Positions 30,565 through 40,659 are shown, counted from the first letter of the stretch. The stretch is DNA of 64,000 nt from a bacterium (GCA_049472315.1 JBLIRN010000001.1:128001-192000); one strand, 5' to 3'. The notes: generated by a model not told the origin, from the letters alone. Numbers and translations: made by a program.

Positions 30565-30626
30565 GGGAAGGGGATGCGCCAACAAAACTTCGTCAGGCGT
30601 AGCGGAGCTACTAAGTTGCCCCTTCC
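30565..30626. repeat. Imperfect palindromic REP-like element between metV and metF
   Basis: GGAAGGGG..CAAC ... GTTGCCCCTTCC arms; a related copy lies in the opposite orientation at about 54415-54465. Confidence 0.5.
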
Positions 30627-30697
30627 AATTACCTTTAAGGCTTGTTTCGGGAAAACCCATCCCCCTTACCATTCTCCCACAATGTATGGAGCAGTTA

Positions 30698-31351
30698 TCA
30701 TGTCTCCCTCTTCAGGATCAGCATGCCGGGCCGCTGCCTGATGGAGTGGTCCCGGGGGGGAATGATGCGACGCAATACCTCCAGCCTGTTTTGCTGTTTC
30801 AGCATGTTGTATATGGTGACCCATGCACACTCCCGCTCCGGATCGGTCTCGCATTTTCCCCGGTTCATCCCCCCGCAGGGACCATTGAGAAGCCCCTTCG
30901 GACACCGGGTTATCGGACAGATGCCGCCGGTCAGGTTCAACATGCAGTCCCCGCACATGGCACACACCTCGGAGAACTGTCCCCATCGTTCGATGGATCC
31001 CAAGAACAGGGTATCAACTGCGGTAAATACCGGCTTTTCCAGGAAAGAGGCGAGGGTTTGCGAGCCTGCACCGCAACCGAGGGAGAGGATCGCATCGGCA
31101 GTATCCAGCGTCTCCTCGATCTCGCTGAACGCCTTTTTGGTCTCCAAAAGATGGCAGGCGGCCTCCACAACCACGTATCCTACCACCTGCTTTCCGGCGG
31201 CCTCCAGATCCCTCTTCATGATGAGGATTTCCTGTTCCCCGCCTGACTGACAAAGGCTTGCGCACAGGTTGCACCCTGCGAGGAAGAGCCTCCGATATCC
31301 CTTAAGGGCATCAATAACCTGATCAAAGGATTTTTGTGCGGATATGATCAC
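30698..31351 (-). CDS. metV: Methylene-THF reductase FeS/Zn subunit MetV
   Basis: GCNLCASLCQSGG, CAMCGDC, GGICPITRCPKGLLNGPCGG, CAW. Confidence 0.92.
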   Translation of the reverse strand: MIISAQKSFDQVIDALKGYRRLFLAGCNLCASLCQSGGEQEILIMKRDLEAAGKQVVGYVVVEAACHLLETKKAFSEIEETLDTADAILSLGCGAGSQTLASFLEKPVFTAVDTLFLGSIERWGQFSEVCAMCGDCMLNLTGGICPITRCPKGLLNGPCGGMNRGKCETDPERECAWVTIYNMLKQQNRLEVLRRIIPPRDHSIRQRPGMLILKRET

Positions 31352-31363
31352 AAACTTCCGAGC

Positions 31364-31756
31364 TCACCGAGCCCCCTCTTTTTCTAAATGTGCCTGATAC
31401 CGTCGAATATCCATAAGGCGGCCCGGAATCGCGGCAGGGTCTATGTGAAGCACCACCAGCCACCCTTCTCCAAAGGGATCCTTGTTGATCGTCAAGGGCC
31501 TTTTCCCAAGGGATTGATTGACCGCCACCACCCTCCCGGAGAGGGGAGCAATGATATCGGTGATTGCCTTTGCGCTCTCCACTGCCGCGCATCGTTCCCC
31601 TTCCTCGATCTGTGCACCAACCTCCGGGAGATCCACCAGAAGGATCTCTCCCATATCGCGGAGGGCGGCCTCCGCCATCCCGACCGTTGCCCGGTCCTCC
31701 TCAACCCTTACCCAGAGATGATCAACGGAGTATAAGAGATCTTCAGGGGCGCTCAT
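31364..31756 (-). CDS. gcvH: Glycine cleavage H-like lipoyl carrier protein
   Basis: YSVDHLWV, VESAKA (lipoyl Lys), PLSGRVVAVN, INKDPFGEGWL. Confidence 0.9.
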   Translation of the reverse strand: MSAPEDLLYSVDHLWVRVEEDRATVGMAEAALRDMGEILLVDLPEVGAQIEEGERCAAVESAKAITDIIAPLSGRVVAVNQSLGKRPLTINKDPFGEGWLVVLHIDPAAIPGRLMDIRRYQAHLEKEGAR

Positions 31757-31757
31757 A

Positions 31758-32318
31758 TTATTTCAGCAGCTCGAGCATCTCAGCCCTTGTGGTTTCATTG
31801 TTCCGAAAGGCACCCCTGACCGCGGAGGTAATGACATGGGCGTGGGGCTTCTTTACCCCGCGCATGGACATGCACAGGTGTTCTGCCTTGATAACCACCA
31901 TGGCCCCAAGGGGTTTGATGCTGGTGGTAATCAGATCGACAAGTTCCGTTGTCAGGCGCTCCTGGACCTGGGGCCTGCTGGCCAGCACCTCAAGCGCGCG
32001 TGCAAGCTTGCTTATCCCGACGATATTCCCCTTGCTGGGGATGTAGGCAATATTGGCTTCGCCGATAAAGGGAAGCAGGTGATGCTCGCACATGGAATAG
32101 AAGGGGATATCCCTCACCAGAACCATCTCGTCGTAGCTCTCACCCTTGATGGGGGTGATGATCTGGCTCGGGTCCGTCTCCAGTCCCGTGAAGATCTCCT
32201 TATAGAGCAGGGCCACCCGGTGGGGGGTCTCAAGAACCCCGGGTCGTCCCTTGATCCCGAGACCTTCGAGCACCATTTCGATTCCCGTTTCTATCTTTTC
32301 AAGGTCCATGCAGCTCAC
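31758..32318 (-). CDS. folE: GTP cyclohydrolase I
   Basis: ETPHRVA, YSMCEHHLLPF, GISKLAR, QVQERLT, HLCMSMRGV. Confidence 0.96.
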   Translation of the reverse strand: MSCMDLEKIETGIEMVLEGLGIKGRPGVLETPHRVALLYKEIFTGLETDPSQIITPIKGESYDEMVLVRDIPFYSMCEHHLLPFIGEANIAYIPSKGNIVGISKLARALEVLASRPQVQERLTTELVDLITTSIKPLGAMVVIKAEHLCMSMRGVKKPHAHVITSAVRGAFRNNETTRAEMLELLK

Positions 32319-33094
32319 GTCTTTGTTGTGTTCATCAGGCGCGTAATGATTTCCTCCATCTGCGTCATGACCTCAGGTGATCGCATAAAGGGTGACCTTC
32401 CTTCACGATCGGCATCCATCAGCCGGGTATCGAAGGGCACGAATCCAAGGAATTCGTATCCGGAAAGCTGCGCGTTAAGGAATTCACGGTCCTGATCCCC
32501 CTTGATCTTGTTCCCCACCACCAAATGGCGTGGAATACCCAGGTCGTTGGCCAGGATCTCCACCCTGTGGGCGGTCTCCACACTCCTCATTCCGGGTTCG
32601 ACGACCGTGATGAGCGCCTCCACGGAGGAAGCGGTGCCCCTGCTCAGGTGCTCGATCCCCGCCTCCATATCGATTACCAATGCCTCCCCATCCCTGAGGA
32701 GAAGATGATCGATGAGCCGCTTGATCATGACGTTCTCGGCGCAATAGCAGCCGGACCCTCCCCTCTTGCACCTGCCGAGGGTCAGGACGAGCACATTCTC
32801 AACCGTGAGGCCGAACCGTTCCGGAATATCATCCACATAGGGGTTGAGCTTGAAGAATCCCCCGCGCTCGCCCGGCTTTGCACCGGTACGCTCCTCGATC
32901 AGGTCATTCATCTCGGTGAGCGGCCGTGCCTGTGCGATACGGTCGGCAGGCACTCCGAGGGAGGCGGCCAGGTTGGCATCGGGATCCGCATCCACGGCAA
33001 TCACCTTGATACCACGCCGGGAAAGACCCAATGCCAAAAGGGCGCTGAATGTGGTTTTACCCACGCCGCCCTTGCCCGATACCGCTATCTTCAT
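32315..33094 (-). CDS. cooC: Second CooC nickel-insertion ATPase
   Basis: GKGGVGKTT, DADPDANL, GSGCYC, DMEAGIEHLSRG. Confidence 0.92.
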   Translation of the reverse strand: MKIAVSGKGGVGKTTFSALLALGLSRRGIKVIAVDADPDANLAASLGVPADRIAQARPLTEMNDLIEERTGAKPGERGGFFKLNPYVDDIPERFGLTVENVLVLTLGRCKRGGSGCYCAENVMIKRLIDHLLLRDGEALVIDMEAGIEHLSRGTASSVEALITVVEPGMRSVETAHRVEILANDLGIPRHLVVGNKIKGDQDREFLNAQLSGYEFLGFVPFDTRLMDADREGRSPFMRSPEVMTQMEEIITRLMNTTKT

Positions 33095-33310
33095 CGCAAC
33101 CTTTAACCTTTAAATGAATTAAATGATTAAACAGGTATGCCGTTAACCGTAATGGTCTCGTCAGCAGAAATTATCTTCTGCATCATTATTACCAATCAAA
33201 TACGTATCCCCTCCACCGCAATGATCAGATCCATGATACAATGCCTTCCCTGGCAGCGTCACGATATATGTTCCGCTGTGCATTATACCATTCATTTCCC
33301 ATCTCGGTGT

Positions 33311-34105
33311 CTAAATATGGTAACCCAAACGATGAGAGATTTCCAAGGCAGCCTGCTTGAGAATAGGGATAAGGGGGTCTCTTATGCGTTCTTCGGGCAT
33401 TCTGAGCGTGGGCCCCGATATGGTGACCCCCGCCACCACACTGTTTGTATAATCCCATACGGGGCAGGCAACGCATCTGACCTCTTCTTCATACTCCTCA
33501 TTGTCGATGGCGTAGCCGTTTCGGGCAACCTCTTCCAGATGGGCAAGAAACACCTCCTCATCGACCACGGTGTTGGGGGTGTACGATCTGAGCCCTCTCT
33601 CCTTGATGATCCTCTTGATCTCCTCCCGGGATTTGTACGCCAGTTGCACCTTGCCCACGGCAGTGCAATGCGCAGGCACCCGTTTGCCGATCATGGGGAT
33701 GATCCTTACGGGATGTTTTGTTTCCACCATATCAACGTATATGACCTCTCCATCCTCATATACTGAAAGATAGGCGGTTTCAGAGGTCTGAAGCACCAGA
33801 TGGTCGAGGATCGAATGTGCCTGATTCACCAATCCCATACGCCGCAGAAAGGCCTGTCCCAGCTCAAAGGTCTTCATTCCCAGCCGGTAATTGCCGGTAT
33901 TCTCGTTCTGCTCCACATACCCCCGGCACTGGAGAGTGGAGAGAAGGCGGAATATGTTGTTCTTCGGCAATTTCAGTTTCATGCTAAGGGTGGTAACACC
34001 CTGTTCTGCATCATCCCCCAAAAAGCTCTCGAGTATGTCCATGGCATGTGAAACTGAATGAACTATATATTCGGAGGCGTCCTTTTTGATCATTTTTCCG
34101 ACCAT
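33311..34105 (-). CDS. IclR-family transcriptional regulator
   Basis: HTH (VHSVSHAMDILE...LPKNNIFRLLSTL), HCTAVGKV, GYAIDNEE..VRCVACP; start moved to ATG 34105. Confidence 0.92.
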   Translation of the reverse strand: MVGKMIKKDASEYIVHSVSHAMDILESFLGDDAEQGVTTLSMKLKLPKNNIFRLLSTLQCRGYVEQNENTGNYRLGMKTFELGQAFLRRMGLVNQAHSILDHLVLQTSETAYLSVYEDGEVIYVDMVETKHPVRIIPMIGKRVPAHCTAVGKVQLAYKSREEIKRIIKERGLRSYTPNTVVDEEVFLAHLEEVARNGYAIDNEEYEEEVRCVACPVWDYTNSVVAGVTISGPTLRMPEERIRDPLIPILKQAALEISHRLGYHI

Positions 34106-34144
34106 GAGGTTGTCCTTTGAGAAAGCCGGTTGGTGCACCCCTTG

Positions 34145-34173
34145 AAAATAACACAGCGTTTTATTTTTGTCAA
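34145..34173 (-). promoter_or_regulatory. Sigma70-type promoter for the iclR gene
   Basis: TTGACA-17 bp-TATTTT, with TG just upstream of the -10. Confidence 0.55.
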
Positions 34174-34281
34174 GAAACCCTTATCATATTTCGCATGGAT
34201 GGTAAACCTGCTACAATAATGGTACATTAATCCACGAATCCCTGTGGTTCATTATGGCAAAATAAAACAAAAGGGGGCACA

Positions 34282-34863
34282 ATGAAATCCATTGTCAATT
34301 TCCTCTTCGAGATCGGCATGCTCAAAAAAACCCCCCGAAGCGGCTATTTTTTCCTGGGGTCGGGGGAGGAGTCGGTTGCGGAGCACGTCATGAGAATGAC
34401 ATCGATCGGCTATGTAATGGCAAAGCTGGATCCGCAGGCGGATGAATGCAAGCTCATCAAGATGTGTCTTGTCCACGATCTCGCAGAGGCGCGAACGGGT
34501 GACCACAACTACGTCCATAAACGATACGTAACGGTGGATGAGGAGAAGGCAACCCGTGACCTCGCTGCGGATTTGTCCTTTGGTTCGGAGATAACGGCGT
34601 TGTCGAAGGAATTCAACGAGGCGCGCACCAGGGAGGCGCAACTGGCAAATGACGCCGACCAGATCGAGCACATTCTGCAATTAAAGGAATGCATGGATCT
34701 GGGGAGCCCTCATGCAGCGGACTGGATTCGAAATGCCCAAAAGCGCATACGCACGGCTATCGGACGCACCCTGGTCGAAACGATCCTGGAGACCAGTACC
34801 ATGGACTGGTGGTTTCAGGACAAGGATGACGAGTGGTGGGTCAATGGGGGAAAAAAACGATAA
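34282..34863 (+). CDS. HD-domain phosphohydrolase (YfbR/HDDC2-like)
   Basis: LKKTPRSG, ESVAEH, LVHDLAEARTGD, DADQIE. Confidence 0.88.
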   Translation: MKSIVNFLFEIGMLKKTPRSGYFFLGSGEESVAEHVMRMTSIGYVMAKLDPQADECKLIKMCLVHDLAEARTGDHNYVHKRYVTVDEEKATRDLAADLSFGSEITALSKEFNEARTREAQLANDADQIEHILQLKECMDLGSPHAADWIRNAQKRIRTAIGRTLVETILETSTMDWWFQDKDDEWWVNGGKKR

Positions 34864-34890
34864 TCGATTCGGTTGTGCGTAAGGATCGAA

Positions 34891-34934
34891 CGGGGATCAT
34901 GGCCGGATCCTCCGGACCCCTCCCATGATCCCCG
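34891..34934. terminator. Hairpin between convergent genes, possibly a terminator
   Basis: CGGGGATCATGG...CCATGATCCCCG, a perfect 12-bp stem; no clear U tract. Confidence 0.5.
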
Positions 34935-34979
34935 CCGATGATATTCTATGATTAAGAGGTAACTGCAAATACCTCGTGG

Positions 34980-35204
34980 CTAAAACTGCACCTGGATCTT
35001 GAGCGCGGTGCCGCCGTCCTTTTTGACGGAAAGGACGACCTTGCTGTTTCTCTCCGCCCAGTTACGGATATCCTGCTCGAATGTCGAGCAGTCACCCGAA
35101 ACCTCGAGGATGTCCCCGCCCTTCATCTCCCGGGCCTTTGCCGCAACCCTGAGGACCGGTTGAGGGCATTTCAGACCGCGCGCATCAAGTGTTTGAACTG
35201 CCAT
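34980..35204 (-). CDS. tusA: TusA/SirA-family sulfur carrier
   Basis: LDARGLKCPQP (CPxP motif), 74 aa. Confidence 0.85.
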   Translation of the reverse strand: MAVQTLDARGLKCPQPVLRVAAKAREMKGGDILEVSGDCSTFEQDIRNWAERNSKVVLSVKKDGGTALKIQVQF

Positions 35205-35719
35205 TGTTTCCCCTCCTTAACATATGGTTTGAATAAAGATCCCCGACCGGGGTGTCTCAGCATCACATCAATGTCCTGCTCGATCAATGCCACCACCCTC
35301 GGAATCGACTCCTCCACCTGACGGGAAAGCCCTTCGCAGAAGGTATCCCCGCCCTCGATTTCAATGGCATAGACAATCATCGATCCGGGGAGCGGTATTC
35401 CCATTTCCTCGGCCCATGCCAACACAGCGGGTATCCCTGCATTATGGGTAACCTGTATCGTCTGAAGGCATCCGAGTTCCTCCCGGGAAAATCGATACAC
35501 GTCGCCGGGCACGCCCTCCCGTGTCCGAATGGCATCCACGATGATGACCGATTCATAACCGCTTATGAGAGACAACAGGGCGAATCCCCCCTCCGAGGTT
35601 TCCACGATATCCACTGCTTTGCTCGCAATCCTCCCCTTCAGCCTCGCCATCGCGGCAATACCGACACCATCGTCCCCCCGGATGGGATTTCCCATGCCCA
35701 GAACCAGCATCCTCTTCAT
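35171..35719 (-). CDS. [NiFe]-hydrogenase maturation protease
   Basis: LGMGNPIRGDDGVG, IIVDAI, THNAG. Confidence 0.92.
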   Translation of the reverse strand: MKRMLVLGMGNPIRGDDGVGIAAMARLKGRIASKAVDIVETSEGGFALLSLISGYESVIIVDAIRTREGVPGDVYRFSREELGCLQTIQVTHNAGIPAVLAWAEEMGIPLPGSMIVYAIEIEGGDTFCEGLSRQVEESIPRVVALIEQDIDVMLRHPGRGSLFKPYVKEGKQWQFKHLMRAV

Positions 35720-35767
35720 GAATTCAACGAGCCCCCCATATCAGTTTCCCTGCATTGCACACTACCT

Positions 35768-37234
35768 TCATGAATCCCTTCCAACCATCCGGATCAGATT
35801 ACCTGCCCTGTCATAGATACCTACCTTCAGGGGCATCTCTCCCAGCAGGCTGTGAGTGGCGCAGGCAAGGCATGGATCATAGGCCCGGAAGGCCATCTCG
35901 ATCATATTGAGAAAACCCTCCGAAACCTCCCCATCCTTGATAAGCCCCCGGGCCGTCTTTTCAATGGACATGCATATCGCCGCCCCGTTGTTCTGGGTGG
36001 CAACGAGCAGGTTCGCCTTCTGAATGATCCCCCGCTCGTCGGTGGTATAGTGATGAAACAGGGTTCCCCTGGGCGCCTCCACGGCGGCGATCCCTTCGAC
36101 CGGGGCCTGCTCGGGGATATTCCTTACCTTTGGATCGGTAATCTCCGGATCTCTCACCAACTCATCCATCCTCTCCGCAGCATAGAGCACCTCGATGAGC
36201 CGTGCCCAGTGGTAGGCAAGGGTGCTGTGCGCGGGTTTTCCCCCCAGGGTGTCATACATGCGCTCATATTCCGCCTGCGCCAAGGGCGTAGCCATGCCGG
36301 ATGCGACATTCAGGCGGGCAAGCGGGGCAACCCGGTAGATCCCGCTCTCCTTTCCATCCACGAATCCCTTCCATCCCACCTTTTTCAGGTAGAGGAGCTT
36401 CATAAAGCTCCAGGGCTCCACCCGCTCCTCCAGGTGCTCCAGATAATCCTTTGCATCGAACCGTGCGAACTCGTCTCCCTCGGGATCCACTACCCTGATA
36501 GATCCATCGTAGAAATTCACCCTGTCATTCTTGTCAACCATGCCCATATAGTAGGTCTGATGGCGGTACATATCGAGGGTGATAAGGTCCATGTAGACCT
36601 TGTTCTTCAACACCAGATCCTCCCACAGCTTCAGAAGAAACTGCGCGAATTCACGGGTATCTTTCACGACCGATTGGATGCCCTCCCGGTCATCCTCCGA
36701 CAACCGCCTTGACACGCCGCCGGGCAATCCGCAGACCGGAGAGAGGGGGCTGCCGCCGATCAGGGCATTGATCCCCCGCACCCGTTTTCGTATATCGATA
36801 ACCCGTTTACCCACCTCAACGCCGAGCTTCTTCATGACACCCAGGATGTTCCGCTCGGACTTTGATGCCCCCGGGCCGACCACGAAATCGGGCCCTCCCA
36901 GGAAACAGAAGTGCAGTACGTGGTCCTCGAACATGAATGCGGTATACATGAGCTCCCTGATCTTTTGTGCCGCCGGCGGCGGATCAACCTTGAACAGGGC
37001 ATCCAGTGTCTTGCTCGATACGGTATGGTGGGCGGTGGGGCACACACCGCAGATCTTCTGGGTGAGGGTGGGCATCTCCTCTACAGCCCTCCCCTCGGCA
37101 AATTTTTCGAATCCCCGGAACTCGGGTACCTGGAAATAGGCCCTTTCCACCATACCCTGGTCATCGAGGAGGATATCTATCTTGCCATGGCCTTCCAGCC
37201 TGGTTATTGGATCGATGGTTATCCGCTTGCTCAC
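35768..37234 (-). CDS. mvhA: Group 3c [NiFe]-hydrogenase large subunit
   Basis: ITRLEGHG, ICGVCPTAH, EAPRGTL, RAYDPCLACATH followed by a cleavable tail. Confidence 0.94.
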   Translation of the reverse strand: MSKRITIDPITRLEGHGKIDILLDDQGMVERAYFQVPEFRGFEKFAEGRAVEEMPTLTQKICGVCPTAHHTVSSKTLDALFKVDPPPAAQKIRELMYTAFMFEDHVLHFCFLGGPDFVVGPGASKSERNILGVMKKLGVEVGKRVIDIRKRVRGINALIGGSPLSPVCGLPGGVSRRLSEDDREGIQSVVKDTREFAQFLLKLWEDLVLKNKVYMDLITLDMYRHQTYYMGMVDKNDRVNFYDGSIRVVDPEGDEFARFDAKDYLEHLEERVEPWSFMKLLYLKKVGWKGFVDGKESGIYRVAPLARLNVASGMATPLAQAEYERMYDTLGGKPAHSTLAYHWARLIEVLYAAERMDELVRDPEITDPKVRNIPEQAPVEGIAAVEAPRGTLFHHYTTDERGIIQKANLLVATQNNGAAICMSIEKTARGLIKDGEVSEGFLNMIEMAFRAYDPCLACATHSLLGEMPLKVGIYDRAGNLIRMVGRDS

Positions 37235-38205
37235 GATGTCTCCTTGAAGCGCCTTCTGCCCAAAATGGAAGAGGCAAGGCTGTAACGATAAAACAACCCG
37301 GCGGCATCGGGAATGGAGGCCGCCACCTTCACCATTGTCTCGTCATCACGTGCATCCAACATGGACGTAAGGAAGGAAACCGATTTTGCCCCCTGATCCA
37401 TGACGCTGTCCAGGGGGCCGAAGCAGCCCCTGCAGGGCATATTCGCCTTCAGGCACCGCTCTCCGCAGCCACCCCTGGTTACGGGACCCAGGCAAATGAT
37501 GCCCTGGTCCAGGAAGCACCGCGTAGGGTCCGCCTCTGTCTCGTAGATCCTCTTGAACGCCTTCACGGTCAGTCTCTCTGGTTTGCTCTCCCTGCGGGAG
37601 CAGGAATCACACAAGGATCTCGTTTCCGCGAGGACCGTGCCCCTGGGCGGGAGTTTCCCCGCCAGGACGGCCATGAGTGCATCCTTGACCAGTTCGGGAG
37701 GAGGCGGACATCCGGGGAGATAGTAATCCACCTCGATCACCTGATCCAATGGCTTTACGTACGGGAACATCCCTGACAGGGAGACCGTATGGCCGGATTC
37801 CTCCGTTTTTTCCTGTGGAGTGGTGTTATTGGGGTTGAGGAGCGAGGGCGCCTCCTTGTATGCCCTGGCCAGGAGATCATCCTGTGCATAAAAATTGGCC
37901 AGTCCCACCACACCGCCAAGATGGGCGCAACTGCCGTGGGCGATCACCAGTTTGGATTTTTCCCGCAGCATCCGGGCCATACGTTCCTGCTCATCCATCC
38001 GTATGGCGCCGTTTATCAGGGCGGCTGCGATCTCTCCCTCCTTCATCGCCTCCACATCCTGATATTTATAATCCATGGCCACCGGCCAAAAGACGATGTG
38101 GACCGATTCCGCAATCGTCACCAGATCTTCGGCAAGGTCCACCACGGATTCCTCGCATCCGCCGCAGCCGGAACACCAGTAAAGTGCAATCTTCGGTTTC
38201 GCCAT
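37231..38205 (-). CDS. mvhG: Group 3c hydrogenase small subunit
   Basis: CSGCGGC, GSCAHLGG, LPGCPP, CLGPVTRGGC, PCRGCFGP. Confidence 0.93.
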   Translation of the reverse strand: MAKPKIALYWCSGCGGCEESVVDLAEDLVTIAESVHIVFWPVAMDYKYQDVEAMKEGEIAAALINGAIRMDEQERMARMLREKSKLVIAHGSCAHLGGVVGLANFYAQDDLLARAYKEAPSLLNPNNTTPQEKTEESGHTVSLSGMFPYVKPLDQVIEVDYYLPGCPPPPELVKDALMAVLAGKLPPRGTVLAETRSLCDSCSRRESKPERLTVKAFKRIYETEADPTRCFLDQGIICLGPVTRGGCGERCLKANMPCRGCFGPLDSVMDQGAKSVSFLTSMLDARDDETMVKVAASIPDAAGLFYRYSLASSILGRRRFKETS

Positions 38206-38215
38206 TTTCCCTTCC

Positions 38216-38629
38216 TTAGGTTGGAACCGGCAAGGGACCTAATCGTTTGAGGTCCTCCACCATCTCGGAAACGATACGTGCAAATTTCTCCCCTTCACCG
38301 GCGGAGACCCAATCGAGCCTCAGCCGCTCCTCCTCGATGCCGAATTCCTTCAGAACCCCCTTGAGGACCACATGCCGCCGCAGGGTCTTATAGTTTCCCT
38401 CCTTGTAGTGGCAGTCACCGGGATGGCAGCCCAGGATAAGTACCCCGTCGGCACCCTCTCTGAATGCCTGCATCACGAACTGGGGATCGATTCTGCCGCT
38501 GCACATGACCCGCACCACCTTGAGGAGATGGGCGGGGTATTCCCGTTGTGCCTTGCCTGCGGAATCGGCGCCCTCATATGAACACCAATGGCACAAAAAC
38601 CCTACGATTCTCGGCTCGAAGTCATTCAT
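38216..38629 (-). CDS. mvhD: MvhD/FlpD 2Fe-2S subunit (Cys form)
   Basis: FLCHWCSYEGAD, RVMCSGRID, GCHPGDCHY, WVSAGEG. Confidence 0.95.
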   Translation of the reverse strand: MNDFEPRIVGFLCHWCSYEGADSAGKAQREYPAHLLKVVRVMCSGRIDPQFVMQAFREGADGVLILGCHPGDCHYKEGNYKTLRRHVVLKGVLKEFGIEEERLRLDWVSAGEGEKFARIVSEMVEDLKRLGPLPVPT

Positions 38630-40605
38630 GAATCCGTCCCTTTGTGTGCATCTTCCAGCAGTCCCTTGATTTCAGCAAGGATTTGCATGTCGGTAAAATG
38701 CTTTGCTGTAATCGCCCCGCTGGGGCAGCCGGCCACGCATACCCCGCACCCTCTGCACAGGACCTCATTGACCACCACCTGGTTTTTCTTCAGATCAAAG
38801 CTCAGCGCCTTGTAAGGGCACAAACCGATGCATGTCTTGCACCCTGAACATATCTCGTCGTTTACCACGCAGGTCATTGCCTCGAGCGTCAGTTTCTCGC
38901 CCGGAACAAGCCTGGAGAGAATCCTTCCCGCCGCTGCCTGCCCCTCTGCAACTGCACCCTGGATGTCCTTCGGCCCCTGGGCGCACCCTGCAATATATAT
39001 CCCCTCACTCATGGTGGAGACAGGGGCGAGCCGGTTATGTTCCTCGCAGAAAAACCCTCCATCCCCCCGGGATATGTCGCATATCCTGGCAAGATCCTCC
39101 GTACCGCGGGCGCCCTGCAGGGCAGGCGCAAGCACCACCATATCGGCGGAAACCTCCTCGGATTTTCCCTTGCCCCCGCCGTAATGGATGGAGATCGTTC
39201 CCCCCTTTTTCTCGATGCTGATGGAATCAGGCTCCTTCATCTGAATAAAGGCGATTCCGTTTCCCTTGCGGAGCTTTGCAAAGAAGGGATGCGATTCCTT
39301 CCCCGGCAGGCAAAAATCCGAATAGAGATGGACGATGGACGCCTCGGGCAGCTTCTTTTTCGTGAGGTGTGCAAATTTGAGGGAATAGGAGCAGCATACC
39401 CCCGAGCAGTAGTCATTGAACCGCTCACTACGGGAGCCGACACAATTAACGAAGGCGATCCTTTGTGGCGCCTTGCCGTTCTTCATGAGTATGTTCCCTC
39501 CGGTAGGACCGGTGGAACTCAGCATCCTCTCAAACTCAAGACTGGTATAGACATCCTCGCCGTTGCCATATCCGAACTCCGGCGCCCCCTTGGGGTCGAA
39601 AAGATCGAATCCGGTTGCCAGAACAATCGCCCCCACGTGAAATTTTCTTACCAAATCGGTTTCGTCATAGTTGATGCTGCCGAAGGGGCACGCCTTCTGG
39701 CAGGCATCGCAGGCCTTTCCTTGAAACTGCGCACAGTGCTCCTCGTCAAGGAGGGCCACAAAGGGGAGGGCACCCGGATACGGAAGGTATATCGCCTTGC
39801 GCTCATCCATGCCCTCATTGAATTCATTCGGAACGCTTACCGGGCATGCCTCGGTGCAGGCTCCGCACCCGATACAGGTCATCATATCGACATGCCGTGC
39901 CCTCCTTTTGACCTTGACCACAAAGTTGCCGAACGAGCCGACGACCTCCTGCACCTCACACAGGGTCAGGACCTTGATGTGCTCATTATGCAAGACCTCG
40001 TCGAGCTTCGGGTCGAGCATGCAGGGGGCGCACTCCAGATTGGGGAAGACCTCCTCGTAGCGGGCGACCTTCCCCCCGATGCACGGCGCCCGTTCGATCA
40101 CATACACCTTTCGATCCCTCTGGGCAAGGGTAAGGGCTGCGCTTATTCCGGCGATCCCCGCGCCCACCACCAGGACATCCCCTTTGCATTCCACCGATCC
40201 CGGCTCAAGGGCGGCATGATGAACGACCCGTTTCACTGCGGCCCTGGTCATTGTTGTTGCCTTCTCGGTGGCGCGCACCCTGTCCTTGATGACCCATGCG
40301 CATTGCTCTCGGATATTGGCGATCTGGAGAAAATAGGGGTTCAACCCCGCATCCTTGAGGGCCTTCTTGAAGGTGTGTTCATGTTCCTTGGGCGAGCATG
40401 CGGCAATGACCACCCGCGACAAGGCATGCTCCTTGATATCCTGCTTTATGAGTGCCTGACCTTCCTGGGAGCACAATGTCTTGAATGGTTTTGCAAAGAC
40501 AACCCCTTCAAGTCCCCGGACATGGTCGATAACGGCATCGATGTCCAGGGCATCCTTTATATTCGGACCGCACTCGCACACATAAATACCTATCTTTTCA
40601 GCCAT
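38626..40605 (-). CDS. hdrA: Heterodisulfide reductase A-like bifurcating flavoprotein
   Basis: VCECGPNI, AACSP, NIREQCAW, GAGIAG, CVGSR..YCSGVCC, GCAQGPKDI, C-terminal ferredoxin. Confidence 0.94.
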   Translation of the reverse strand: MAEKIGIYVCECGPNIKDALDIDAVIDHVRGLEGVVFAKPFKTLCSQEGQALIKQDIKEHALSRVVIAACSPKEHEHTFKKALKDAGLNPYFLQIANIREQCAWVIKDRVRATEKATTMTRAAVKRVVHHAALEPGSVECKGDVLVVGAGIAGISAALTLAQRDRKVYVIERAPCIGGKVARYEEVFPNLECAPCMLDPKLDEVLHNEHIKVLTLCEVQEVVGSFGNFVVKVKRRARHVDMMTCIGCGACTEACPVSVPNEFNEGMDERKAIYLPYPGALPFVALLDEEHCAQFQGKACDACQKACPFGSINYDETDLVRKFHVGAIVLATGFDLFDPKGAPEFGYGNGEDVYTSLEFERMLSSTGPTGGNILMKNGKAPQRIAFVNCVGSRSERFNDYCSGVCCSYSLKFAHLTKKKLPEASIVHLYSDFCLPGKESHPFFAKLRKGNGIAFIQMKEPDSISIEKKGGTISIHYGGGKGKSEEVSADMVVLAPALQGARGTEDLARICDISRGDGGFFCEEHNRLAPVSTMSEGIYIAGCAQGPKDIQGAVAEGQAAAGRILSRLVPGEKLTLEAMTCVVNDEICSGCKTCIGLCPYKALSFDLKKNQVVVNEVLCRGCGVCVAGCPSGAITAKHFTDMQILAEIKGLLEDAHKGTDS

Positions 40606-40659
40606 CTCCTCAACACCTCAGCGTTTGCCTACGATCATATCCGTGTGGCCTTTCCTATG

